DNA of 51,005 nucleotides from Candidatus Omnitrophota bacterium (GCA_043803685.1 JAZDJU010000114.1:1-51005); one strand, 5' to 3'; shown: positions 10,025-20,445, counted from the first letter of the stretch. Numbers and translations: made by a program. Notes: generated from the sequence alone by a model not told the origin.

Positions 10025-11190
10025 TGGACATTGAACTCAAGATCGAAAAACTGGTCTTCGGCGGTGATGGCTTGGGCTTCGTCGACGGAAAAGCCTGCTT
10101 CGTTGAAAGGACCCTCCCGGGCGAAAAAGTCCTTGCCCGTATTTTGAGCGACAAACCCAATTTCATGAAGGCGAAGCTCCTCCGCGTTTTGGAAGCTTCC
10201 CCGCTTCGCATCCATCCCCCCTGTCCTTACATCGAACGTTGCGGCGGCTGTCAGTATCAACACCTCCCCTATTCTGAAGAATTGAAGTGGAAAGAGCTCC
10301 AGGTGCGTGAAAGTTTTTCCCAAGCCTTCAAGGGGGAAGGGCTCTCCATCCTTCCGATCCAATATGGCACGAAAGAATACGGCTATCGCAACAGCATCAC
10401 GATCCACCGGACGACGGAAAAGAATCATAAGCCGCAGCGTCTCGGGTTCATTGGTCATGACAATTATTCCAAGGTCTTGATCGATTATTGCATGCTGGCG
10501 GACGAACGACTCCGGGAGATCTTTACCACCGAGCACAAGCTCAACCGGCGCGAGGAGAAAAGAGGTTTTAAGCTGGACGAAAAAGGGCGGATCTTCACAA
10601 ATGATGAGGAAAAGCTCTACCGCATCCATATCGGCGGTCGGTCACTCTGGACAAGCTCGATGGGATTCTTTCAGAACAATATTGAGGTCACGGAACTTAT
10701 CGCGAAAAAGTTGGCGGAGCATCTCGCCGTGCTGAAGCCCTCCCGGTTCCTGGACCTCTACGCCGGCGTCGGAACTTTCCCGCTTCTCGCGGCTCGCCAT
10801 ATGCCCGAGGTCCACTGTTTTGAGGATAGCCCTTACAGCACCGGTTGCCTTCGAAGAAATGTGAAAGATTGGGAATTGCCCTTGGCGGGTATTTTCGCGG
10901 GGAAGGTTGAGAAAACATTCCCGCGTTTTATCCTTCATGGCGCGAAACCGGGGAGTTTGGTGTTCATGGACCCGCCGCGTCAGGGGATCGCCTCGTCCCT
11001 CGCGGATTTTCTGGCGAAAGAAGATATCGGGGAGAATATCTTTTATCTGGCCTGTGACCTTCAGATCCTTTTGCGGGACCTGAAGCAGATCCTCGCCACC
11101 GGTCGCTACAAAGTCCGGGAAGTCCTTCCCTTCGATATGTTCCCCCGTACGAAGCACATTGAAGTGCTGACCTGGCTGGCTAAAGCTTAG
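10024..11190 (+). CDS. TRAM-domain RNA uracil-C5 methyltransferase (RlmD/TrmA family)
   Basis: N-terminal TRAM domain, CPYIERCGGCQYQH, FFQNN, LDLYAGVG, DPPRQG, ACD, DMFPRTKHIE. Confidence 0.9.
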   Translation: MDIELKIEKLVFGGDGLGFVDGKACFVERTLPGEKVLARILSDKPNFMKAKLLRVLEASPLRIHPPCPYIERCGGCQYQHLPYSEELKWKELQVRESFSQAFKGEGLSILPIQYGTKEYGYRNSITIHRTTEKNHKPQRLGFIGHDNYSKVLIDYCMLADERLREIFTTEHKLNRREEKRGFKLDEKGRIFTNDEEKLYRIHIGGRSLWTSSMGFFQNNIEVTELIAKKLAEHLAVLKPSRFLDLYAGVGTFPLLAARHMPEVHCFEDSPYSTGCLRRNVKDWELPLAGIFAGKVEKTFPRFILHGAKPGSLVFMDPPRQGIASSLADFLAKEDIGENIFYLACDLQILLRDLKQILATGRYKVREVLPFDMFPRTKHIEVLTWLAKA

Positions 11191-11266
11191 TACTGTTATT
11201 CATTTGATTTTAGGGGGCAACAGTACTGCGCCGCATGCCACCAATTTCAAATGTTATGCGGTGCTT
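11188..11266. mobile_element. MITE-like double-hairpin element, copy 2
   Basis: TA-GTACTGTT..CATTTGA..AACAGTAC-T-GCGCCGCAT..ATGCGGTGC; carries the stop codons of both convergent genes. Confidence 0.55.
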
Positions 11267-12453
11267 GCCTGTTTCCCGGCCACGGCGCCGCTCGCCCAGG
11301 CCCAGGCAAGATTGTATCCGCCCCGACGGCCCTGCACATCGAGAATCTCTCCGGCAAGATAAAGCCCCTTTTGTAGTTTGGACTCTAGCGTCGCCGGGTC
11401 CACTTCTTCCGACGGGACACCGCCCGCCGTGAATTCCGCTTCATTCCAACCACGAGTACCGAGCACTTTGAATTCCTTGTGTTTAAGCACCCTGACGATC
11501 GCAGCGATATCGGAGCCTTGCACCGTCTCGCGAAGCAGGCCGGACAGCTTGTGCGGCAAGAGTCCCTCCACGAGATTTTCGTGGGCAATGCCTTTCGCCA
11601 ATTTCCCGGTTAATTCCGCAGTAAGTTCCCTTTCATTCATGAAGGGGATAAGATCGATCGTCACGGAAACATGCGTCTCACGATGGCGATTCAAGGCGAC
11701 CGAGATCTCATCGCTCACATCCAGAACTGCAGTGCCAGAAAGACCGTACTGAGTGAATAAGAGCTCTCCGGAAGTCGTACGGATCGCTTTTCCCCGGATC
11801 CGGCTTGTCACAGAGGCGCGAAGTTTCTGCCCCTGGAGCGCGTGACACCACGGGTCTTTCACAAGCAAAGCAACGGTGCTCGGCACCGGCTGAACGATCG
11901 TATGCCCAAAAGCCTCGGCCAGCGCATAGCCATTTCCATCCGCTCCCATGGCAGGGTAAGACATCCCGCCGGCGCACAAAATAACCTTGCGACCCGTTTC
12001 CCGTTCTCCGCTTCGCGCTGAGATCTCAAATCCATTCTTTGCGGCACGAATACTTTTGATCTCACAGCCTAGGTCAACCGTCACCTTGAGCCGCTCAAGC
12101 TCCATCTCAAGCACCTTGAGTACTGAAGCCGCTTGATTCGTTACGGGGAAAATCCGGCCCGCTTCATCCTCAGCAGTCACAAGCCCCAGCTCTTTGAAAA
12201 ACCCAAGTGCGGCTTCTTTTCCAAATTGACCCAGAACCGAACGGACAAGCGCCCGGCTTTCGGAATTATAGAAAGAATCATCGAGAATCTCGTTCAGGAG
12301 ATTGCACCGGCCCGCGCCCGTGATAAGCAGTTTTTTCCCGAGTTTTGGCATTTTTTCGCACAAAAGAACTGAAGCCCCCTGGCGCTTCGCTACGATCGCC
12401 GCTACAATTCCGGAAGCGCCGCCTCCCACCACGATCACATCATATCGAGCCAT
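11254..12453 (-). CDS. HI0933/BaiN-family NAD(P)/FAD-dependent oxidoreductase
   Basis: VVGGGASG, KKLLITGAGRCN, GRIFP, GELLFT, TAGGV, GGYNLAWAWASG; start at MARYDV. Confidence 0.92.
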   Translation of the reverse strand: MARYDVIVVGGGASGIVAAIVAKRQGASVLLCEKMPKLGKKLLITGAGRCNLLNEILDDSFYNSESRALVRSVLGQFGKEAALGFFKELGLVTAEDEAGRIFPVTNQAASVLKVLEMELERLKVTVDLGCEIKSIRAAKNGFEISARSGERETGRKVILCAGGMSYPAMGADGNGYALAEAFGHTIVQPVPSTVALLVKDPWCHALQGQKLRASVTSRIRGKAIRTTSGELLFTQYGLSGTAVLDVSDEISVALNRHRETHVSVTIDLIPFMNERELTAELTGKLAKGIAHENLVEGLLPHKLSGLLRETVQGSDIAAIVRVLKHKEFKVLGTRGWNEAEFTAGGVPSEEVDPATLESKLQKGLYLAGEILDVQGRRGGYNLAWAWASGAVAGKQASTA

Positions 12454-14254
12454 GGTCCCTTTCTTTGGGCCACGCTCCACGACCCACGCCCCACGAATTG
12501 CTCCGTGGGTTTTTCCGTGGCCCCTGGCCCGTGGAACGTTGTACGGTTTTTGGCTGAACCCTCTCACGCTGGGTCTGACGTTCCCTGTGGGTCTTGGCAA
12601 CAGCAACAGGCAAGCCGGTCATGGGATGCTTGCCGGTGTAATACATACAGGTCGAAAGAGTCATCGGCAATGGCATGAAATCCTGCACCTGTTCCGGGCG
12701 CATGTGTTTCGCCGACAAATACGCCGCTAGCTCCCGGGCGTCCCCGTCCGTGCATCCCGGATGAGCACTGATGAAATAGTTCACAAGATATTGTTCCTTG
12801 CCAGCTTTCCGATTGGCGGTCTTAAATCGCTCAACGAACCGCTCGTAGACCTTGAGCGGGGGTTTATTCATCATTTTGAGGGCGGCATCCGAAGCGTGTT
12901 CCGGAGCGACCTTCAATTGGCCGCTTACGTGATCTTTGCAGAGCGCCTCAAGATAGGCGTCGGACTCTTTTTCCACAAGCAGGTCGTACCGGAGACCGCT
13001 TTGGATAAAAAGATGCTTCACCTTTGGGACAGCCAGGATATCCTTCCAAAGCTCTGTCGCTTTTCCATAGTTGAGTTTCAGCTCCTTACACTTTACCGGC
13101 ATCATACACTGTCTCGACTTGCAAGCGCCGGCACCTTCCCATTGTTCACATGTAGCTCCATAGAGATTCGCAGTCGGACCGCCGACATCGGAGATCGTGC
13201 CTTTGAATTCTCGCCGCGCGGCGACAATCCGGACTTCGTTCAGGATCGACTCCTTGCTGCGGCTTTGGATCATCCGGCCTTGATGCGCGAAAAGAGAGCA
13301 AAAATTGCATTCTCCTGCGCAGCCCCGGTGCCCCGTGATGGAAAAACGAACCGTTTCAAATCCCGGAACACCTCCTACCTTGTCGTAAACAGGATGCCAC
13401 TCGCGAGCGAACGGAAGATCGTAACAGCGGTCGAGTTCCTTGGTCGTAAGCGGCAGCGCAGGGGATTCCTGGATCACAAAGCGAGCGCCGTGCTGCTGGA
13501 TCACGGGCCGACCCCGAACCGGGTCCATTTCAAAATAAGCCATTTTGAACGCTTCATTGAACTTGTCTTTGTTGGTACTAACCTCTTCGTAAGAGGGTAG
13601 CCGGACCGCGTCCTCAAATCCTTCGAGACTGTTCCTGAGGATCGCTGTCCCACGAATATTCTTCATCGTCTTGATGTCTTCGCCGTCGCGAAGACGCCGC
13701 GCGATCTCAAGAACCTGACTCTCTCCCATGCCATAGACCAGCATGTCCGCTTTGGCATCCATCAGAATCGAACGCCGCACGTCCTCGGCCCAATAATCAA
13801 AATGCGCGAGACGCCGAAGACTCGCTTCAGCACCGCCAAGGACGACGGACACACCCGGGAAAAGTTCTTTCACTTTATTCGCGTAAACGATCGTGGCGCG
13901 ATTGGGCCGGAGGCCTGAGCGACCCCCCGGCGAGTAGTCGTCTGTACGCCGCGGCTTCTTGCTGGCCGTGTAATTGCTTACCATGGAATCAAGGTTCCCA
14001 GCCGTGATCCCGAAAAAAAGCCGGGGACGTCCCAAGGCAAGGAAATCCACGGAAGTCTTCCAGTCGGGCTGGGCAAGGATCCCGACCTTGAAGCCCGCGC
14101 TTTCCAGGACCCGACCGATGATCGCCGCTCCATAGGCGGAATGATCGACATAGGCGTCACCTGTAACGAGGATAATGTCACACGCATCCCATCCGCGGTC
14201 CGCGAGATCCTGCTTTGAAATGGGAAGGAATTTTTTCCGGTCTGTTTGAGCCAT
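12440..14254 (-). CDS. ygiQ: YgiQ-family (UPF0313) radical SAM protein
   Basis: TGDAYVDH, GNLDSMV, EASLRR, HRGCAGECNFC, GGPTAN, APEH, YFISAHPG, EQVQDF; start at MAQTDR. Confidence 0.92.
   Translation of the reverse strand: MAQTDRKKFLPISKQDLADRGWDACDIILVTGDAYVDHSAYGAAIIGRVLESAGFKVGILAQPDWKTSVDFLALGRPRLFFGITAGNLDSMVSNYTASKKPRRTDDYSPGGRSGLRPNRATIVYANKVKELFPGVSVVLGGAEASLRRLAHFDYWAEDVRRSILMDAKADMLVYGMGESQVLEIARRLRDGEDIKTMKNIRGTAILRNSLEGFEDAVRLPSYEEVSTNKDKFNEAFKMAYFEMDPVRGRPVIQQHGARFVIQESPALPLTTKELDRCYDLPFAREWHPVYDKVGGVPGFETVRFSITGHRGCAGECNFCSLFAHQGRMIQSRSKESILNEVRIVAARREFKGTISDVGGPTANLYGATCEQWEGAGACKSRQCMMPVKCKELKLNYGKATELWKDILAVPKVKHLFIQSGLRYDLLVEKESDAYLEALCKDHVSGQLKVAPEHASDAALKMMNKPPLKVYERFVERFKTANRKAGKEQYLVNYFISAHPGCTDGDARELAAYLSAKHMRPEQVQDFMPLPMTLSTCMYYTGKHPMTGLPVAVAKTHRERQTQRERVQPKTVQRSTGQGPRKNPRSNSWGVGRGAWPKERDHGSI
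12470..12540. repeat. Inverted heptamer-array hairpin (CCACG type) inside the ygiQ 3' end
   Basis: CCACGCT CCACGAC CCACGCC CCACGAA ... CCGTGGC CCCTGGC CCGTGGA. Confidence 0.8.
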
Positions 14255-14337
14255 GGCAGGATTATAACCTCTTCGCGAAACCCAGTCCTGATATTTATCC
14301 ACGACGGGTGTGTCTCACTTCCTACAGTTCGCAACAC

Positions 14338-14410
14338 TTCCCCTCTTTCGTAAAGAGGGGCAAGGGGAGATTTCAAATCCCCCTCGAATCCCCCTTTGCA
14401 AAATGGGGAG
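14338..14410. repeat. Inverted pair of REP-like CCCC-TTT..AAA-GGGG palindromes
   Basis: CCCCTCTTT-CGT-AAAGAGGGG-CAAGGGGAGATTT followed by an inverted related unit. Confidence 0.65.
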
Positions 14411-14468
14411 AACAAACTGGACAACAACTGGCACGCAGTGGGACGGCACCCTCCATGAGGGACCCCTC

Positions 14469-14496
14469 TTGGCAGAGACGCATCTCATGATATAAT
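14469..14496 (+). promoter_or_regulatory. Sigma70-type promoter for sodB
   Basis: TTGGCA-16nt-TATAAT with extended TG. Confidence 0.55.
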
Positions 14497-14515
14497 GACG
14501 GCCTTGAATCATAGC

Positions 14516-14577
14516 GATAAGTCGTAAGCGGTAAGCGTTAAAAATTAACGCTCAACCCTTTTCGCTTAACACTTAAT
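14516..14577. repeat. Inverted heptamer-array hairpin (TAAG/CTTA type) in the sodB leader
   Basis: GATAAGT CGTAAGC GGTAAGC GTTAA ... TTAACG CTCAACC CTTTTCG CTTAACA CTTAATA. Confidence 0.65.
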
Positions 14578-14595
14578 ACCATAGGAGAAAATGCC

Positions 14596-15177
14596 ATGCC
14601 CTTTACGCTACCTGAACTTCCTTATGCCTTGGATGCCCTTGCCCCCACGATCAGCAAGGAAACGCTCGAGTATCATTACGGCAAACATCACAACGCCTAC
14701 GTGACGAATCTGAACAAATTGACAGAAGGAAAGCCTGAGGCTGGAAAATCGCTACAGGAACTTATCAAGACCACCAAAGGCCCTGTGTTCAACAATGCCG
14801 CGCAGGTCTGGAACCACACGTTCTATTGGAATTGCCTGAAACCTCAGGGCGGCGGACTTCCCACGGGCGCGCTTCTTGAGGCGATCAATGCTTCCTTTGG
14901 AAGTTTTGATGAATTTAAAACACTTTTCACGAACATGGCCGTTGGCCTTTTTGGGTCCGGCTGGGCGTGGCTCGTCAAAGACGAGGACGGAACGATCGGG
15001 ATCGAATCCATGTCCAATGCCGGCAACCCCCTCGTGAATGGTCAAACGCCGCTCCTCACCTGCGATGTCTGGGAACATGCTTACTACGTCGATCACCGGA
15101 ATGCCCGGGCGAAATATGTCGAGTCCTTCTGGAATTTGGTGAATTGGGAGTTCGTTGAGAAAAATCTGCAAAAGTAG
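14596..15177 (+). CDS. sodB: Superoxide dismutase, Fe-type
   Basis: HYGKHH, FNNAAQVWNH (Fe-type AAQ), FGSGWAWL, DVWEHAYY; AGGAG SD. Confidence 0.93.
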   Translation: MPFTLPELPYALDALAPTISKETLEYHYGKHHNAYVTNLNKLTEGKPEAGKSLQELIKTTKGPVFNNAAQVWNHTFYWNCLKPQGGGLPTGALLEAINASFGSFDEFKTLFTNMAVGLFGSGWAWLVKDEDGTIGIESMSNAGNPLVNGQTPLLTCDVWEHAYYVDHRNARAKYVESFWNLVNWEFVEKNLQK

Positions 15178-15186
15178 CTCGAAAGA

Positions 15187-15237
15187 CCGAGCCACGTGCC
15201 ATGGGCCACGAAATACGTGGCTCGTGGTTCGTGGCCC
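15187..15237. repeat. Inverted heptamer-array hairpin (CCACG type) between convergent genes
   Basis: CCACGTG CCATGGG CCACGAA ata CGTGGCT CGTGGTT CGTGGCC. Confidence 0.8.
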
Positions 15238-15239
15238 TT

Positions 15240-15734
15240 TTAATTGAGCATCGCCTGCATTCTTGAGATCGCTTTACCAGCGAGAGAATAGTCGGGGTTC
15301 TGCTCGAGGGCGTGGCGATAAGCTTCGAGAGCTTGGGTCCAATCTCCTTGGTGTTCCCAAACCCGGCCAAGATTGTACCAGGCGTAAAATCTTCCGTCAT
15401 AACGTTCAGCGGCAGTCGCCTTTTCAAGCCAGGGAAGTGCCTCTTCCCAACGTCCTGTTTCGATCAAATAGGCCCCGATATCATTATAGGGATTCCCGTA
15501 TTCAGGGTCCAGGCGCACCGCCTTTTCGCATTCCCGGATCGCATCCCCGTACCGGCCCTTCGCGCTGTACGCCCACCCCAGACACGTGTGAGCTTCGGCG
15601 GTAGGAACTGCCGCGATGGATTTGAGATAAAGCTCGATGGCTTGATCGACCTTACCCGCGAGCTGAAGGTCGTAGGCTTCCCGCAGGAACTTTGCGGCAT
15701 CCTCATCCGGATTATTCAAATTAAAGTCAGCCAT
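15240..15734 (-). CDS. Tetratricopeptide repeat protein
   Basis: Four TPR-like units (AEAHTCLGWAYS, PYNDIGAYL, AWYNLGRV). Confidence 0.88.
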   Translation of the reverse strand: MADFNLNNPDEDAAKFLREAYDLQLAGKVDQAIELYLKSIAAVPTAEAHTCLGWAYSAKGRYGDAIRECEKAVRLDPEYGNPYNDIGAYLIETGRWEEALPWLEKATAAERYDGRFYAWYNLGRVWEHQGDWTQALEAYRHALEQNPDYSLAGKAISRMQAMLN

Positions 15735-15747
15735 GAATTTTCACCTT

Positions 15748-15820
15748 GAAACAAGAATCAAAGAGACAGAGAAGCAAGAAGATCTTTGCATCTTGTTTCT
15801 TTGCTTCTTGTCTCTGTTTT
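15748..15820. repeat. Inverted 7/8-mer array hairpin (GAnnCAA type)
   Basis: GAAACAA GAATCAAA GAGACAGA GAAGCAA ... TCTTGTT TCTTTGCT TCTTGTC TCTGTTT. Confidence 0.7.
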
Positions 15821-16421
15821 AGAACTTCATATACGGATTTGTGCGTCGCTCGTGCTCGATCGTAGAGGAATCCGCGTCCCCGTAAGCGTGACCCGGAAAG
15901 ATCTTCAGGTCCCCGTCAAGCGAAGCAAGGCGCTCGAGACTTTTCACGATCTTTTTTTCGTCCCCGCCCGGAAGATCGCACCGCCCGCAAGCGCCCACAA
16001 AAAGAGTGTCGCCCGTCACAAGTCTGTCCCCGGCCAGAATGCATTGCGCGCCCTCGGCGTGGCCCGGAGTATGGAGAAAGGTCATTTCCATATCTCCGAT
16101 CCGGAGTTTGGAACCTTCCTTTGTCTCAACGAGGTTTTCTTTGATCTCTTTCAAATACTTCGCTTCATTTTCGTGAACGTAGATCTTCACTCCCGTTTTC
16201 CGGACGAGTTCCTCCACGCCGTTCATGTGGTCAAAATGCGTGTGCGTCAGGATCCCCGCCACGACCTTCATGCCGTCCTTTTCTGCCTGCTTAAGAACCG
16301 CGTCCACATCCCAGGCCGGGTCCACCATCGCGCATTCTTTTTTCTTTTTGTCGCCCAGCAGATAGACGAAATTCCCCATAAAACCAACGCTTAGTTGTTT
16401 GAAATACAAATTATCGCTCAT
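15819..16421 (-). CDS. MBL-fold metallo-hydrolase (glyoxalase II-like)
   Basis: THTHFDH, HTPGH, TGDTLF, GRCDLPGG, FPGH. Confidence 0.9.
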   Translation of the reverse strand: MSDNLYFKQLSVGFMGNFVYLLGDKKKKECAMVDPAWDVDAVLKQAEKDGMKVVAGILTHTHFDHMNGVEELVRKTGVKIYVHENEAKYLKEIKENLVETKEGSKLRIGDMEMTFLHTPGHAEGAQCILAGDRLVTGDTLFVGACGRCDLPGGDEKKIVKSLERLASLDGDLKIFPGHAYGDADSSTIEHERRTNPYMKF

Positions 16422-16459
16422 TGTGAATAATCCTTACTTGTCATCCCGTGATGGAAGGA

Positions 16460-16527
16460 GAAGCAAGAGGCTAGAACCAAAGAGACAAAGAAAATTCTTT
16501 ATCTCTGGCTTCTCTGTTTCTTGCTTC
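16460..16527. repeat. Inverted 7/8-mer array hairpin (GAnnCAA type)
   Basis: GAAGCAA GAGGCTA GAACCAAA GAGACAAA ... TCTGGCT TCTCTGTT TCTTGCT; same subtype flanks both ends of the MBL gene. Confidence 0.7.
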
Positions 16528-16539
16528 AGCCCTTTCGCC

Positions 16540-17038
16540 TCATCCACAGCAGGCGCAGCCTTTGTTCTTCATCGCCTTTTCGTAATAGATCACTTCAAGG
16601 GTCGGGTCGTCCTGGAGTTTAAGGCGTTTTTTTTTCTTCGAAAGAAACCGGAACCTCAGGATAAAGAACATCGCCGTCATAATCGGCATGAATGCGTGTC
16701 AGATAGATCGCGTCCACACGATCGATGGTGGTCCGGTAAAGCTCGGCTCCACCGATGATAAAAGAGTGTTCGGTCTTGACGCTCTTTAGGGCATCATCCA
16801 ACGAAGTGAAATACGTCTGCCCAGGATAAGGATTCTGACCGCTCCGATCCAGGATCAGATTCGTACGACCCGGAAGAGCCTTACAACCCAGACTTTCGAA
16901 GGTCTTTATCCCCATGATCACGGTCTGGCCTAAGGTGGTTGTCTTGAAATGCTGGAGATCTTTAGAGAAATGCCAGGGAAGCTGGTTCGCCTTACCGATC
17001 ACACGATTGTTCGCCACGGCCACGATATGAAATAGCAT
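16540..17038 (-). CDS. folA: Dihydrofolate reductase; frameshift at an A9 tract near the C-terminus (as read, ORF stops at 16619)
   Basis: IVAVANNRVIG, LPWH, DLQHFK, LPGRTNLIL, IIGGAELY; removing one A restores ..RLKLQDDPTLEVIYYEK.. to TGA at 16540. Confidence 0.85.
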
Positions 17039-17052
17039 AAAACCTCCAATGT

Positions 17053-17117
17053 GACTAAAGACTATAGCCCATAGCCTATAGCTTTAAGCTATAGGCTAAG
17101 GTCTATAAGCTTGGGTC
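17053..17117. repeat. Inverted heptamer-array hairpin (CTATA/TATAG type)
   Basis: GACTAAA GACTATA GCCCATA GCCTATA gctttaagc TATAGGC TAAGGTC TATAAGC TTGGGTC. Confidence 0.75.
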
Positions 17118-17122
17118 AGTTT

Positions 17123-17917
17123 TTATACGGCAACGGCTGCTTTGATCGCCGGATGCGGATCATACTGTTCGAGTGTAAAGTCTTCGTATTTAAAATCGAA
17201 AATATTTTTGACGTCAGGGTTCAATTTCATGCGCGGCAAAGAACGCGGCGCGCGCGAAATCTGAAGTTTCACCTGCTCCATGTGGTTCAGATAAATATGG
17301 ACGTCCCCGAAGGTGTGAATGAATTCTCCTGGCTGAAGACCCGTCACCTGCGCCATCATCAGTGTCAAAAGCGCGTAAGAAGCAATATTGAACGGAACGC
17401 CGAGGAAAACATCGGCGCTGCGCTGGTAAAGCTGGCAAGAGAGTTTTCCCTCTGAGACATAGAACTGAAAAAAGGCATGGCATGGCGGAAGGGCCATTTT
17501 CTCGATCTCGCCGGCATTCCAGGCGCTGACAATGATCCGGCGACTGTCCGGGGTCTTTTGGATCATTTCCACCGCCTGCGCGATCTGGTCCACAAAAGTC
17601 CCATCCGGACGCTTCCACGCGCGCCATTGGGCGCCATAGACCGGCCCGAGATCCCCGTTCGCGTCAGCCCATTCATCCCAGATCGTCACACCGTTGTCTT
17701 TTAGAAATTTGATATTCGTGTCGCCACGAAGGAGCCACAAAAGCTCGTAGATCACGGCCTTGGTATAGATCTTTTTGGTCGTGAGGAGCGGAAACCCCTC
17801 GGCGAGATCAAAGCGCATCTGATAACCGAACGTGCTGATCGTCCCGGTGCCCGTGCGATCCTTCTTTTCGGCGCCGTGGTCAAGGATGTGCTGCAGAAGA
17901 TCCAGATATGGCTTCAT
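17123..17917 (-). CDS. thyA: Thymidylate synthase
   Basis: [48 protein letters not shown]; 264 aa from MKPYLD. Confidence 0.97.
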   Translation of the reverse strand: MKPYLDLLQHILDHGAEKKDRTGTGTISTFGYQMRFDLAEGFPLLTTKKIYTKAVIYELLWLLRGDTNIKFLKDNGVTIWDEWADANGDLGPVYGAQWRAWKRPDGTFVDQIAQAVEMIQKTPDSRRIIVSAWNAGEIEKMALPPCHAFFQFYVSEGKLSCQLYQRSADVFLGVPFNIASYALLTLMMAQVTGLQPGEFIHTFGDVHIYLNHMEQVKLQISRAPRSLPRMKLNPDVKNIFDFKYEDFTLEQYDPHPAIKAAVAV

Positions 17918-17946
17918 AAGATGAAAAGGGGTCCTGCTGAACGTTC

Positions 17947-20445
17947 TTAAGAAATGGACAGATCCTTCAAATAAATCCGTTTGGTCCGGCGGCGCATATA
18001 AGCCCTGAAAAATCCCGATAAAGCAATAAGGACCGGCACGAAAAATACCACGAAGAGCCGCCATGCCACCTTCGCGGATGCCGGGACCTTGGGGAGCGCG
18101 CGCCCCACGGGACCCTTCGAACGGATGCCGATCAAAGCATTCCCGAGGTTTAATACATCCATAGCGTTCAGAAAAAAGTTCAGATGTCCTCCGCCTTGCA
18201 TCAGCTGTTTTTGAAACGGAGTCGCGGCTCCGATCAGCAAAAGCTTTCCGGGTTTTAAAAGCGGAGGTTCCGCTATTTTTCCTCTTTTGGGAGGCAGGGG
18301 CGCCGCGCCTTCGGCGGGTGCCGCGGGAGCCCAATCGGGAATGGATCTGCCTTTAAACGCGTCCGCAAATTGTCCCTCGATAAGAAGCGCTAGCGGAAAA
18401 GGCCCCAAGGCGCTTTGGGGGGTCCTTAGCAATTCCTGAGGCATCATGCTCCCCGACTTGAAGGGGACGGTCCAGGACTGCTTGCTGGAGTGAAGCAAGG
18501 TCTGTACGCTCAGCCCCTGAGCCTTGATCTTCTCCGGATCGATCCTGAGCGCGCTTCCCCACAAATAAAAGAACGCGGAAATCCGCGAAGTGATCGATGT
18601 CTGCGTGTTCATCTCGGCATCCGTCAAAAGGATCTGGACCGGCAACTTGACCGGGAAAGAAGTCCCGGCAAGTCCGGACCGCGCGCTTCCCGCGACCGTA
18701 ATAGCCTCGCTCTGTTCGTCGCCCAGGACGTTCGTGTCAACCTCCAGTCCCCAATGCGACAACAGATCGTTCACGCCAGGATCTTTTTCGCTCGGAACAA
18801 GCTCCACGCCACCCACTTCTTCGGGCCTGTAATTGAATTCGTAGTTCTGCACAGCCATGAACACGGAGCCGCCCTGACAAAGGAACCGGCTGATCTCGTA
18901 TTTTTGACGGTCGTTCATTTTCTCCGGCTGGGCCACCACGAGCGTCTTGATCCCTTCCGGCATAACAGATTTCCCGTCTAAGAGAATACGCGCGACCGGA
19001 TAGCCTTCGGATTCGAGTCCCATTTGAAGGTATTCGTAGGGATCCTCCCTGTAATTCGCGGGGACTTGTCCCCCCAACTGCTGAAGGAGCGCCATAAGAT
19101 TCGGGTCCAGGGAGCGCTCTTTGTACGGGGCCACAAGCGCGACCTTCGGGATTTCCGGAAGCGTCATCCGGTAGAGCTTGGAAATAATGGCGTATTCGAG
19201 GTCATCGAGATTGCCGGCATGGATCTGGGGCAGAACCTCTTCGGGCTTTTCCTTATAGGAGATCGTGATCCCGGAATAGATGAGGCGGACCCCCACCTCA
19301 TCGGATTGCACGGATTCAACGCGAAAAGGCTGAAGCCCCTCTTTGGAAAGCTTGGCTTCTTTCGTCTCTTCCTTAGGGTTCCCTTCCACGGCCGTAGCGG
19401 CATCCATATGAAGGACCTGGTATTGAAAATGGCCGCCAGACCCTCTTCGCAACTCTTCAAACTTGTCTCGCACATCCTGCTCCAGCATTTTCATGGAAGA
19501 CGGCATTTTGTCCGAAGGAGACACGTAATATTTGACGATCACGGGCGACGGAAGGGCTTGCAGGATCTTCCGGGTCCCCGGAGAAATCGTATAGGCTCGA
19601 CCTTCGCTCATGTCAAAACGCCCCAGAGGAAGCCCGACTACCAGCCAATTACTTAAAAGGAATATGCCGACGGAGATCAACGCCGCGGCAGTAAAGATCG
19701 ACTTGGCCTTGGGTCGCATCCGTCCTTCGATCCAAAAACCGTTCAACACGAGCGCCACCGCGCTCCCGAGCCCAAAATAAAGCACTTCGCGAGCGTCGAT
19801 CACGCCTTTCGCGAACGTTGCATAGTGATCCGCCGCGCCGAGAAAATGCCTGAGAAAGGTCCCAAGTCCTCCGACCCATCCGTCGATCGAGGAGGACACG
19901 AATTCCGTTCCGGTAAGATAAAGCCCGAAGCAGATCATCATGGAAAGGATGAACGCCACGATCTGGTCGCGATAAAAACCCGACACAAAGGTCCCGATCG
20001 CGAGAAAGAATCCTCCAAGAAAAGCGGCCCCAATATAACCGCTCAGGATGACGCCAAGGTCCGGCCGGCCGAGCACGGCGAGCATCACCGGGATCGGGAA
20101 CGTGCAGGAGAGCGCGATAAGATAAAACACAAAACTCGCGAAGAATTTCCCGAGCACCAATTCGTGCGATCTCATGGGAAAGGTCAATAGCAGTTCCTGG
20201 GTGTTCCCGCGCTTTTCCTCCGCCCAAAGTCGCATGGAAACCGCCGGCAAAAAAACAGCGAGATAAAGTGGAAGCGTGTAGAAAAAGATCCGCATGCTCA
20301 CGCTCCCGATCAGGAAGAATTGCGTCATGAAAAGCCCGCCGGTCAGGAGCGTAAAGATGATCATGAAAATATAAGCAATGGAGGAGTTGAAATAGGCCGC
20401 AAGCTCCCTTCCAAAGATAATGAAAAGATTAGCGCCCCTTCTCAT
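17947..20445 (-). CDS. ABC-2 type permease fused to a GldG-like periplasmic domain (GldF-GldG-like)
   Basis: [59 protein letters not shown]-terminal TM. Confidence 0.85.
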   Translation of the reverse strand: MRRGANLFIIFGRELAAYFNSSIAYIFMIIFTLLTGGLFMTQFFLIGSVSMRIFFYTLPLYLAVFLPAVSMRLWAEEKRGNTQELLLTFPMRSHELVLGKFFASFVFYLIALSCTFPIPVMLAVLGRPDLGVILSGYIGAAFLGGFFLAIGTFVSGFYRDQIVAFILSMMICFGLYLTGTEFVSSSIDGWVGGLGTFLRHFLGAADHYATFAKGVIDAREVLYFGLGSAVALVLNGFWIEGRMRPKAKSIFTAAALISVGIFLLSNWLVVGLPLGRFDMSEGRAYTISPGTRKILQALPSPVIVKYYVSPSDKMPSSMKMLEQDVRDKFEELRRGSGGHFQYQVLHMDAATAVEGNPKEETKEAKLSKEGLQPFRVESVQSDEVGVRLIYSGITISYKEKPEEVLPQIHAGNLDDLEYAIISKLYRMTLPEIPKVALVAPYKERSLDPNLMALLQQLGGQVPANYREDPYEYLQMGLESEGYPVARILLDGKSVMPEGIKTLVVAQPEKMNDRQKYEISRFLCQGGSVFMAVQNYEFNYRPEEVGGVELVPSEKDPGVNDLLSHWGLEVDTNVLGDEQSEAITVAGSARSGLAGTSFPVKLPVQILLTDAEMNTQTSITSRISAFFYLWGSALRIDPEKIKAQGLSVQTLLHSSKQSWTVPFKSGSMMPQELLRTPQSALGPFPLALLIEGQFADAFKGRSIPDWAPAAPAEGAAPLPPKRGKIAEPPLLKPGKLLLIGAATPFQKQLMQGGGHLNFFLNAMDVLNLGNALIGIRSKGPVGRALPKVPASAKVAWRLFVVFFVPVLIALSGFFRAYMRRRTKRIYLKDLSIS

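Noticed and set aside
17918..18334. 139-aa N-terminal extension of thyA in the ORF track, and similar extensions of DAACS, HI0933, transketolase, mqnD and xth
   Set aside because: They overlap neighbouring genes or repeats; family homology begins at the downstream ATGs used above
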